DNA of 36,951 nt from Octopus sinensis (taxonomy: Eukaryota): positions 1 through 36,951 of the forward strand of contig NW_021836850.1 in assembly GCF_006345805.1 (NCBI RefSeq). Direction: 5' to 3'. This document shows, one piece after another, positions 12,216 to 23,879 of the stretch. A program made the translations under genes and the position numbers. Within the stretch, counting starts at the first letter, position 1, and each line of letters starts with the position of its first letter. The notes under the pieces are model-generated. The model was not told the DNA's origin, did not search any database, and was given only the letters and a program-made list of their open reading frames with translations.

Positions 12216-12767
12216 GTACATACAAACCCACGCACACACACATACACACATAATACATATAGGCACACATGCATACATATACGCATAGAAACACGTAGAT
12301 AGATGCAAAACCATGCAAACACATACATGCAAGAACTGAGATATAAACGTTCATGCCAAAACTTGTACACGTAAACGTATACATACAATCATGCAAGCCA
12401 ATATATATATATACATACAAACATAAACACACACTCACACACATTATGGACAAAAACAAAGCATACGGACGATTGCCCATGCCACGCCCCTTGTTACCTA
12501 GCAACACACACTAGCCACCAGCACTCCCTCAAAGCTTCGCTTTGCAGTTTGTACATAAGATAGAGAAGATGAGACATTTTATGAAACCGCTCTCTTGGAG
12601 AGTCAATTTGCAAATATAACTGACATATGACGATCAGGGTAGAGGATGAGTTGTCGGAGGGGAGAGGGTTGAGAGAAGGAGAGAGAAGCAAGAACCATAT
12701 GTGCGTATACATACACTTATATGTGTATATAAATCTGTGCATACATATATATGTATACACTTATATA

Positions 12768-12809
<42 letters not shown>

Positions 12810-13322
12810 AGAGAGAGAGAGAGGAACAGATAGGTAAATAAAGTGAGAAAATGGACGAGATATACGAAAGGACGCGCAATTGGAAAGACAATAGTGACAG
12901 AGAGACGGTGTGCGGTTGAATGAGGGTAAGTGTGTGCATGTGTGATTTGAAAGAGAGAGAAAGAGACAGAGAGAGAGAGAGAAGGTGGAGAGAGATATAG
13001 AAGGGAGAAAAAGGGAGTGGGAAGAGAGAAAAGACAGATTGTGTTTATCTACGATAGAAATACAAAATATATGCGAACATACATGCAACGATACGTGTAT
13101 ACATACACATACACACACATATACACACTCTCTTATACACGCACGTACATTCTCACATGCACTTACACACAGACATACACACACACTTACACACTCATAC
13201 ACACACATACAGACTGACACACTTACACACACACTGACACAAACATACATGTACGGATGGCTGGAGATGAGGAGAGAAAAAGAGATAAACAAAATCCTAA
13301 AAGAACACACACATATATATAC

Positions 13323-13354
<32 letters not shown>

Positions 13355-13500
13355 GCATATATATAAATGTATGTATGCATGTATGTATGTATGAGTGTTT
13401 GTATGTATGTGTGTTTATGTATGTATCTATGTATGCATTGATGGATGTATAGATGGATGGATGGATGGATGGATGGATGTATAGAAAGACAGAAATATGG
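11690..13500. repeat. Compound (TA)/(CA)/(GA)/(GGAT) low-complexity region with a short unique islet at about 12440-12700
   Basis: Seen directly. Confidence 0.8.
12481..12505. promoter_or_regulatory. Candidate KLF/SP site plus RFX X-box
   Basis: Seen: GCCACGCCCC (12481-12490) followed by GTTACCTAGCAAC (12493-12505), which fits the X-box consensus GTYNCY-N0-3-RGYAAC. Function is inferred only. Confidence 0.35.
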
Positions 13501-14298
13501 AAAGCAGAGAAATAAAGATGGAGGAGCAGTAATAAATACATAAATTAATAAACAAAACAAATAAATAAAAAAAGAACCATTCTGTTGTCCTCCCTGATTC
13601 ACCCACCACACCACGTCCCGTCGGGCGTCAATTAGCTGATATAAGTGAGACATTACGAAGTGGAGACGGGAAGAGCGACTGTGGGAGAGAGAAGAAGAAA
13701 AAAAAGTACTGGGAAGCGTATGCCATTATTTCTTTGCGATCGATGTTTATACTGACAGACGTTAAAAAGGATGTTTATAAGGGGCATGGATTGGTGGTTT
13801 GGCGCGTGAGGCGCGCGAGGGTAGGGGCACGGCCTGGCAGGGTTACGGCCAGCCGGAGATAATGTTTGTGTGTGTGTGTGTGTGTGTGTGCGCGCGGGTA
13901 TGTGTGTCAATGCATGGATTGATATTTCGTGATTGTCAATTAATTTGTTTTGTGTATGTCAATGATGAGACAACAACGACGACGTCCATGTATGTGTGGG
14001 TGTATGTATGTATGTGTGTGTATGTGTATGTGTATGTGTATGCACATGTGTGCGTTGTGTACGCGCGTGTATCAGTCTATGTGTGCAAGTCTATGTGTAC
14101 AATTGTACGTGCTTCCACGCCTGCTTATCTCTGTATGTGAGAATGTATTGATAACTGCGTATTTAACTGATTGGACAGGTGGATATACGTGACAGTGTGT
14201 GTTTCCGTGTGGGAATGTGTGTGTATGGGGGGTATGTATGCATTTATATCCACTATGTATTCGCTTAAGACTCCAGTATATAAGTGTACGTGTGTCTC

Positions 14299-14330
<32 letters not shown>

Positions 14331-14761
14331 CAAAAGCACACGTATGTGTGTGTGTTGTGTGCATTTATTATAAACATATCTATATTCATATGTGTGCGTT
14401 TCTTTCGGTGATGCACGTGTGTACACAGACCTGCACCCACACATACACACACACATAAACACACTAATATACGCACATAAATGTGTGTATATGTGCGTGC
14501 GTGTATGTCTGTATATGTGAGGATGTGGTTATCATTATATATGCTATATATGTATAACTACATGTGTATGTAGGCGTTTTTATGCACAAGTGTATGCATA
14601 TATCTATGAATATGTGTATGATATATATATGTATGTATCTTTATGTATATATATAAATATATATACATACATACATATACATATATATAGACACAAGTAC
14701 ACACACACACATATATATAGGGTGCTAAAGAGTGAGAGGGTTACAGAGAGAGAGAGAGGGG

Positions 14762-14808
<47 letters not shown>

Positions 14809-15027
14809 GAGATTCTGTGTATCTGTCAGCTAATTAATCTGTATAGGATCCCTTTTATGTAGATAATGCGTATGAAACATTGGACTCTAGTCATTCTGTT
14901 GATTGTATGTATGTTTGTCTCAGCGTGTCCGTAACACGATGCTCTGCCATTAATCTTGCTTCTGCTCACTTCTCTCATTTTCTATATTTGTCTAATTTTT
15001 TCTTCTTTTTCCCTTTTCCCTAGTTTC

Positions 15028-15278
15028 ATTATTATTATTATTATCATTATTATTATTATTATTATTAACATTATTATTATTATTATTATTATTATTATCA
15101 TTATTATTATTATTATATTATTATCATTATTATTATTATTATTATATTATTATTATTAATATTATTATTATTATTATTGTTATTACTATTATTATTATTA
15201 TTATATTATTATTATTATTATTATTATTATTGTAATTACTATTATTATTATTATTATTATATGTTATTACTATTACTA

Positions 15279-15348
<70 letters not shown>

Positions 15349-15457
15349 GTTATTGCTTATTATTATTATTATTATTTTCATATTATTATTATTGTTATTA
15401 ATTATTATTATTTTATTATTATTATTATTATTGTTATTACTATTACTATTATTATTA

Positions 15458-15491
<34 letters not shown>

Positions 15492-15563
15492 GTTATTATT
15501 ATTATTATATTATTATTGTTATTGCTATTATTATTATTATTATTTTCATTATTATTATTATTG

Positions 15564-15611
<48 letters not shown>

Positions 15612-15720
15612 GTTATTACTATTACTATTATTATTATTGTTGTTGTTGTTGTTGTTTCAGTTTATTTACTTATTATTATCATTATCATCACCTATTATTT
15701 TTATTTTATTTTTATTTATC
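15028..15720. repeat. About 700-bp (ATT)n microsatellite
   Basis: Seen directly. Confidence 0.95.
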
Positions 15721-15997
15721 TATTTTTTGTCTTTCTCTTTCGTTCCCAAAGTGAGAATTGCCACCTTCCTGAAAGACTGTCGAACCACATCGAACGTTGT
15801 TCGAGCACTGCTGACGGCCATAGTCTACATTTCATACGAATAATTGGCTTTCGTTTCCTTTTTCCTTTTTTGTTTTTGTCATTTATTTCTTTTTACTTTA
15901 TTTTTGTGTACTTCTCTTCCAGTTTTTAATCCTCATCTTCATCGTCATCTTCTTATGCATTCTCTTACTTCTCCTCCAAAATCATGACATTCCTGGC

Positions 15998-16136
15998 CTT
16001 CTTCTTCTTCTTCTTCTTCTTCTTCTTCTTCTTCTTCTTCTTCTTTAGCTTTCACTTGCTCTAACTTTCTCTCTCCCTCTCTCTCATATACATACACACA
16101 GACACACACTCACATACACACACTCTCTCTTTCGTT

Positions 16137-16174
<38 letters not shown>

Positions 16175-16345
16175 CACAACCACATAAACTCTCTCTCTCT
16201 CTATTTCCTCATTTCTCTTCTCTCTCTTTCCTTGTTTCGTTCTCTGTCACTCTCCCTCTCTCTTGCCTTCTCTCTCTCACCTTCTCTCTCTCTCGCCTTC
16301 TCTCTCTCGCCTTTTCTCTCTCTCACTTTCTCTCTCTCTCTCTCT
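15998..16345. repeat. (CTT)n followed by (CT)n/(CA)n pyrimidine tract
   Basis: Seen directly. Confidence 0.9.
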
Positions 16346-16515
16346 TTACTTCTTTATCACCACTTCTCTGTATATAATGTTTAAAGATGATTTTCCTCTG
16401 TGTGTGTGTGTGTGAGATTGAGTGTAGGTGGGTGTATGTATGTGTGTATATATATGTGTCACAGTGTTCAAGAGATTGTGATAAAGATTATGTGGAACTG
16501 TGCTTGTGCACACCA

Positions 16516-16568
<53 letters not shown>

Positions 16569-16914
16569 TTTGTGCGTGTGCAATGAAGCTGAACTGAGGT
16601 GGAGAAAAAAGAGAAAGACCATATAAAATAAATAAATAACAAATAACAAAGAGTAAAAGTTTATATAAATTTTTTTAGTCCATATATTTTTCCTAGACTG
16701 ATTGTCTGTCTGTATGTCACTATCGACATGAGGAAGAGGGAAACGTACTCTCTCTCTCTCACTCTCTCTCTCTCTCTCTCTTTCTCACACACACACACAA
16801 ACAAAAACATATTTACACATACATGTATCAGTAAATTGGTGATTGAATAGTTGGAAGTTTACGGGTAGATTTAATTTTATAGGCGTCAATATGTATTATA
16901 TACTCATACGGTCA

Positions 16915-17220
<306 letters not shown>

Positions 17221-17678
17221 TCTTCACACATACACACACACCCATCTTCATGCAAGTTATTTTTTTTAGTATATGTAATTCGGAAAAGAAGCAACACACG
17301 CATACTCATTCGAAATACTTCAGATACACGCAGGGAAACACAACTTACTGTGCTTTTCAAACAGCGAAATGTGCACGATGCATGCATGAATACTCACACA
17401 CTCGTATACACATATACATATATACATGCATACTCAGAGCATATATTCGCACGCACATAATGCTGTCTGTCACAGGTGCAAAGTTATGGACAGGCAGCCG
17501 GACATAGCCATTCACACACACTTACACACAGGAATATAACAATATATATATATATATAAATATATATATATATGCGCATATACGCACACATATATATATA
17601 TACATCTATGTACATGTATGTGATGTATACACATATATACATATACATATACATATAATTATATTACATGATGTATGT

Positions 17679-17716
<38 letters not shown>

Positions 17717-18182
17717 TATATGTATGTATATATGTATATATATATGCATATATATATATATATATATATACTATATATATTTATATATATATATATATAT
17801 ATATAATATAATACACATACACAGGAAAACAATACTTTAAATGCATAAATTCAACAGCAGGATATCCTGCACATCTATTGATATACCATTAGAATAAAAT
17901 ACAAAATATATAATGTAAATGAAATAAAGAAATATATGATAAATAACATAATACATAAAGGATATATATAGAGAGATAAATAAAGAAAGAAAATCAGGAA
18001 AAAAATTTCTCAACGAATAAACGAATTGCAACTAATTGTGAGGTTATTATTGGCTTAATTTGTTGTATTAATCATAAGTGACTTGTGTTTTTAATCAGTG
18101 ATATTGTGTGCGATCGAACATTTACCCAAACGGTACTTTTCTTGTTTTTTTTCTTTCCTTTCCTTTCTGTTTTTTTTTACAG

Positions 18183-18237
18183 TGAAGATTTCACGTCTGA
18201 TATCCTAAGTCATAGCAACGAACCTCGGACAATATGA
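18183..18237 (+). other. Candidate terminal coding exon (xEDFTSDILSHSNEPRTI*)
   Basis: Seen: about 40-nt polypyrimidine tract (18137-18179) ending TTACAG at 18182; one frame stays open for 17 codons to TGA 18235-18237. No partner exon or homology recognised. Confidence 0.25.
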
Positions 18238-18852
18238 CAACTTGACCATAACAATATATGACCGTGTGCATATAGTCTGTTTATGTGTGTGTTTATGTGT
18301 GTTTGGGTGTGCGTATGCGCCTGCCTGCGTGCGCATGTGTATGTAAAGTGCTTGTATGTATGGCTGTGTAGGAGTTTCTCAATGCGTTTGCACGTGTACG
18401 TGAGTGTGTTTGCCTTGTATGTATCGGTTCGTGTGCCTTTATGTATTATTTTCTCTTCCATGACACTCTCGTTCTTTCTTTCTTTCTTTCACGCATTTCC
18501 TTCCTTTCATTCATACGTTCGTTCCTTTTCTTTCCTTCATTCCTTCTTTAATTCTTTTTGTTTTTCTTCTTTCTTTTTTTCTTGTTTTTTACATTAGTCT
18601 TTCTCATTGTATATCTTATCATACATATTACTCTATCAATTTTTATTTCATTCCTTTCACTCTTTCTTCATCATTTTTCAGTACACCTCTCCGTTCCACT
18701 TCACCGTCTCTTCACCTGACTACGATTCAGAATGTCAGTCTCTCTAACTGTCCAGTTTTACCTTCTTTCCTCACCATTCAACGCTTCACATTCTCATATC
18801 GTTGTTCTTTAAACACGGGACTGAATACACAGTCTCTAATATGTTTGAAGTA

Positions 18853-19110
18853 GAAGCGCATTACTTTGTAGTTAAAGTTTAGGAATCATGATTGTAAGAT
18901 TATGGTTTCGATTCTTGGTCTGGTTGATGTGTTGTGTTCTTGAACAAAACACTTTATTTCACGTTGTTCCAGTCCGTTCAGCTAGCAAAAATGAGTAGTA
19001 CCTGCGACAGACCGCTGTCCTTTCCAGGCGGTGAATATGTACGCCATGGAAGCCGGGAAACCGGCCCTGTGTCTACATGACTCGGGAAAGAACTTTACTT
19101 TATCTACTTG
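18853..19110 (+). mobile_element. SINE family 3 (tRNA head, CORE-like and V-domain-like body)
   Basis: Seen: B-box-like GGTTTCGATTC (18904-18914), TGTGTTCTTGAACAAAACACTTTA (CORE-like), CCTGCGACAGACCGCTGTCCTTTCCAGG (V-like) and an ACTTT-repeat tail. Domain names are from recall. Confidence 0.7.
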
Positions 19111-19139
19111 CATTTAGGTCGGCTGCAAAGAAGTGCTGT

Positions 19140-20570
19140 TCGTAGTTTTCTAGTCATATTGTCTCAGCTCTTCAGATCATTTAACTTCCAATATATTATA
19201 TTGAAGTCATAAACTGCATAACCATAACCAGGATCGTTAGAAAATTTATGCCTATTATCTTATGCCTATCATTGGGTGGATTACCTGCTCTTAGAATGAA
19301 ACTTCTGAAGTGCTCTTTTCTAATTTTCCCCCCTTTAGCTGAATTTTATGAGGTTCATCTACTCTCAAGCAATTATATGGTTAGTTCTCACCTGATTTTC
19401 TGCTTTTCACACCTGAATTTAATTAAATACTAACCGTTTTAGTTAAATTGCTACTTCAACTGTTAGTAGGTTTCTAAAATTGTTAGCAGGTTTATAGTTG
19501 TTTATAAGGTTGTCCCATATAAATATTTTTAATTGAACCCTGATAAAAGAAATGGTTTATTGTTAGCCAGTAGAATCTATATTGGTTGTTTCATTCAACA
19601 GATTTGTCGATGAAGTCAAAGCTAGACAGAAAAGTACAGCGGATAAGTATAGCCTTCCTGGAAGTTTCTTCTCGTAGGGTGCAAGGCTGGTTTTAATTAT
19701 TTTCTCTTATGTTGTTGCTATAAGATTGCTTTCTACTTTGACATGGCTGATAAACATTGTTAGTATCGGAGCAGCTATATTTATGTGTAGCATATCCAGT
19801 AGCCAAGATGCTACGAAACAGTTTTCGATAATCAATGTATTTCATACACATTTCTGTTTATTTATTTATCTATTTATTTACTTTTATTCTTCTTGCCGTA
19901 TTCAATAACTGCTCGTTTCACCACCAAAGCTGTGCTTTTCAGTCATATATCCTTTGCTGGAAACCTTTCTGCTCGTTTAATAGGTTATTGCTTTCCAGGT
20001 GAGATGTATATTTATTATAGAATATAGATGTAATGGTTTTGTAGGTTGTTGGGAAATAACATGGGTCTGTAGGTTTTTGAGTCTCCCGTATTTTTGTCTT
20101 AGGAAATCAATATTGTCCTCTTCCACAGAAATCACCGAGTTGTTGACTCCGGTGTGCTTTCTAGTTCATTGATTGCCGCTGCTACAATTTCACAAATACT
20201 GGTTTGGTGTTTAAGCCAGAAATTTGGGACTTTGTCAATCCAAAGGGCTCTCCAGCTGTAAGTAACTTTTAATGTGTCAGTGAATACCTTGCTAGTTATG
20301 GTAGGCGATGTTTACCACGCTATTGTATGTTTTAATCCTTTTCTCTTTTCTGATAAATTGTCTCTTTTGATCACACCGAAAACTGTTATTACATATTACT
20401 CCCCACCCCAGTCAGTATTGTTGAACTTCTGTTGTTGTTGGCGTGTCATCCAGTGTATTATGCTTTTTTTCTTTAATAAATGTCTCTGTTTCATTCAACT
20501 ACCATGTTTTCGTGGAAGAAACAGATCTTTTCTTTTTGAGACGTCTTATCCCGTAGGCTTTCGTTCATAG
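19140..20570 (-). mobile_element. Highly decayed R4/Dong-like LINE RT relic
   Basis: Seen on the minus strand across frameshifts, in correct RT order: WRALWIDKVPNFWLKH (about 20207-20258, cf. WKAPGPDxIxNFWLK), HLESNNLLNEQKGF (about 19961-20003), IDYRK (19822-19836), LSAVLFCLALTSSTNLLNET (about 19588-19647, cf. LSPLLFCLALNPLS), and a degraded YMDD region (about 19508-19528). Confidence 0.7.
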
Positions 20571-21000
20571 CATTTGCATAAGCTTTTCTTTTATTCTCAG
20601 GGTGTCTTCTTTATTATATACATACGTGTGTGTACATTTACACACACACACACACTCACACACACATACACACATACGCACGCACGTACACACACATATA
20701 TACACGCATATACCGTACGAGAAAGAAACAGATCCACCTACCTCATACCATACACACACACATACATATACAAATATATATAGGCATGTATGTATGCATA
20801 ATATATGTGCGTATGTGCGTATAGATATGTATGTACATATGCTTGTACGATTGTATGTATGAGTGTACTTTATGTATGTTCATATGTGTGAGCGTGCGTA
20901 TGTGTTTGTATGTGTTTATGTGTGATTAGGTGAGTGAGTGTGTGCATGTGTGTGCGTGCGTATGCATGTCTGCGTGTGTATGTGTGTTTGTGTGTATGTT

Positions 21001-21042
<42 letters not shown>

Positions 21043-21099
21043 ATATTCTGAGCGTTTGTGTTTTCTTTCTTTTTTCATATATTGCCTACAGAGAACCAT

Positions 21100-22420
21100 T
21101 GTAGAATCAATAGGGTAAAGCTAAGAAGTAGTAATAGTGAACAATAGATTGGAGAGAATTACTAGTCAGCAAATTAGAAGCGATAAGGAATGGCATCGAG
21201 ATTGTCATGCTAGCAATGAAAACAGCGCTATTTCTTCATTTCTTCGACTCAAAATATGAAGGTTACAGTGTTAGAGTTAAAGTGATTGCTATTAGATACA
21301 AGATCGCACAAGACGTTCAAGTAAAATAAAGACAAGATTTGTAAACGAAGTCTAAACCAGGTCTTTGATACACGAATATTTGCGTGTATTAGAGTGGCAT
21401 CCATTATTCTATTCCAAGTTGAACGGTTTCTTAGCAGCACTTTCTCCAGTTGTTTGGAGTGTAGCGTTGAACTGGAGACTATGGACGTTATAATAATACT
21501 TCGTCTGCTTGCCCTGCTCTCAAGAGGAAAGAGGTGGAGTACTGCGAAAAATAAATTTTGGCGATTCAATTACGGTTGACGATGAGAGGTTTTACGAAAA
21601 ATAAATTTAATGGTGGTTTGGATTGTCTGCCGTACAAGCCTTATGGCTAAACGGCAGATTTGTTTACCCCCTCTGTTTCTTTTGACACACATATTTCCAA
21701 AATGTAAGCATACTAGAAACGTTAGCCGAGCAAAGATAGAGTTGCTGAAGAAGGGCCTGGAAACGGGAGATATAATTGGGAATTTACTGCCCTTATCTCT
21801 GCTGGACATTGACTTCGAGATTTTGATAACTGTGCTTTCAAACAGCCTGGAGCTTAACCTCGTCACTGGTTACAAGCGTGTATACCTGCGAGAAACAAAC
21901 AGATACATCTACCTGATACAGTATACCGTTGAAAGGATATGAAACAGGCGTGGAATGGATGGGGCACTGAGGAATTTTTGACAGCCAAATACATCTGATA
22001 GTGTCAAATCAGCGATGCTTGTCGACCCTTCGGTAGAAACCCGACTCGGCAACATTTTCGAAGACTGGATCATTACAATGCAAAGTGATATCAACTCTAT
22101 GTTCAGATTAAATGACCACTCATCGAAACTGTTTTGAACACCATGCTCAATTAGATAAAAGTGTCCGCTTCCAAAATTTCTGCATATACCGAAACTCCAT
22201 CTACCAGGGCAAAGGTGGAGGTGTCGATGATACGAAACTAACCCAGCGCATGCAGATGACATTACCATGGAGATCGAAGTAATGGACGCCAACTGAAGGA
22301 ATACGAGCTAGTGACAAGGGAAACAATTAGCTCGAACTAATATTTGGGTTTGGTGATTAGCACCTACCGGGAGAAGTCCTTGTTCTCATGTAGAATCGTT
22401 GTGAAGTACAACAATGGACT
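21100..22420 (+). mobile_element. Decayed Tx1/L1-clade LINE RT relic
   Basis: Seen: GLDCLPY (21615-21635, cf. PGLDGLPYEFY), IELLKKGLETGDIIGNLLPLSLLDIDFEILITVLSNSL (cf. NxRPISLLNxDFKILAKVLAxRL) and AHADDITM (22246-22269). Many stops and frameshifts. Confidence 0.75.
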
Positions 22421-22536
22421 AGTTAAGTTTTTCCGAATCTGGTTTGGTCTGACCAATACAGCAAGTTGACACGAACTAAATTTACGCTACGAGCAGTGTA
22501 GCCAAAAGCCATCAAGGAATGGACTGAAAAGAAACT

Positions 22537-23075
22537 ATGTATGTATGTATGTATGTATGTATGTATGTGTGTATGTATGTATGTATGGATGTATGTATGG
22601 ATGTATGTATGCATGTATGTATGTATGTATGTATGTATGTATGTATGCATGTATGTATGTATGTGTATATGGATGTATGTATGGATGTATGTATGCATGT
22701 ATGTATGTATGTATGTATGTATGTATGTATGTATGTATGTATGTGTGTATGTATGTATGTATGCATGTATGCATGTATGCATGTATGTATGTATGTATGT
22801 ATGTATGTATGCATGTATGTATGTATGTATGTATGTATGTATGTATGTATGTATGTATGTATGTATGTATGTGTGTGTGTATGTATGTATGTATGCATGT
22901 ATGTATGTATGTGTATATGGATGTATGTATGGATGTATGTATGTATGTGTGTGTGTATGTATGTATGTGTGAGTGTATGTATGTATGCATGTATGCATAC
23001 ATGTATGTATGTATGCATGTATGTATGTATATGTATGTGTATGTATGTATGTGTGTATGTTTTGTATGTATGTAT
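22537..23075. repeat. About 540-bp (TATG)n microsatellite with TGCA/TGGA variants
   Basis: Seen directly. Confidence 0.95.
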
Positions 23076-23103
23076 GCATATCCTTTTATACTTATTCTTA
23101 TAT

Positions 23104-23282
23104 TCTTTTACTTGTTTCAGTCATTTGACTGCGGTCATACTGCAACACCGCCTTTTAGTCAAAGAAACCTACCCCAGGTCTTATTCTATCAGTCTCTTTT
23201 ACCGAGCCGCTAAGTTTCGGGGAGATAAATACAAAAACATCGGTCGTCAAGCGACGGTGGGGTGGGGGGTGGAAACAGATAC
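23104..23282 (-). mobile_element. SINE family 1, 3' half
   Basis: Seen: TCTTTTACTTGTTTCAGTCATTTGACTGCGG...GCCGCTAAGTTTCGGGG...CATCGGTCGTCAAGCG; small deletion between two TTATTC repeats relative to the 10513 copy. Confidence 0.88.
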
Positions 23283-23342
23283 ACCTAATACTTATATAAA
23301 TAATCATACATACATGTATATATATATATACATACAAACTTA

Positions 23343-23382
<40 letters not shown>

Positions 23383-23402
23383 ATATATATATATATATAT
23401 AC

Positions 23403-23498
23403 ACAAAACTATGAGAGAGAATCCACTATGTGGACGCTCTAACGCTAGATATAGATACGCAAAGCGTCCACATACTGGATTCTCTCTCATAGTTTTGT
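23403..23498. repeat. 36-bp inverted repeat (1 mismatch) with a 24-nt spacer; possible micro-MITE
   Basis: Seen: ACAAAACTATGAGAGAGAATCCACTATGTGGACGCT (23403-23438) versus 23463-23498. Confidence 0.9.
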
Positions 23499-23879
23499 AT
23501 TAATAATATTTACTGAATCTCAGTCTTTATACGCTAGGCCACTTGGTGTTTTTAAATTGATGTTATTAATTAATATTCAATTGTTTTCACCCTTATTTGA
23601 CTATATAATAATATACATACAAACATTATATATATACATACAAACATTATATATATATATAGATATATATATATATACATATATACATTTTTTTATGCAT
23701 GTATATATATGTACGTACGTATGTATTGATCTTTATATGTATGTGTGTACAAGCTAAGTTACATTTATTATTATCTATTTCATTTGGATTTTGAATCGTT
23801 TTAGGGTTTGAAATCAGTATTATTATTGTTATTATTATTATTGTTGTTGAAATATTATTTATTTATAGTTTCTTGATAG

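Noticed and set aside
21745-21770. CTGAAGA...GAAAC as a second hammerhead; similar CTGANGA hits near 11670 (minus), 19170 (minus), 21969 and 29128
   Set aside because: None has a pairable stem II followed by GAAA and NUH; several lie inside LINE coding relics.
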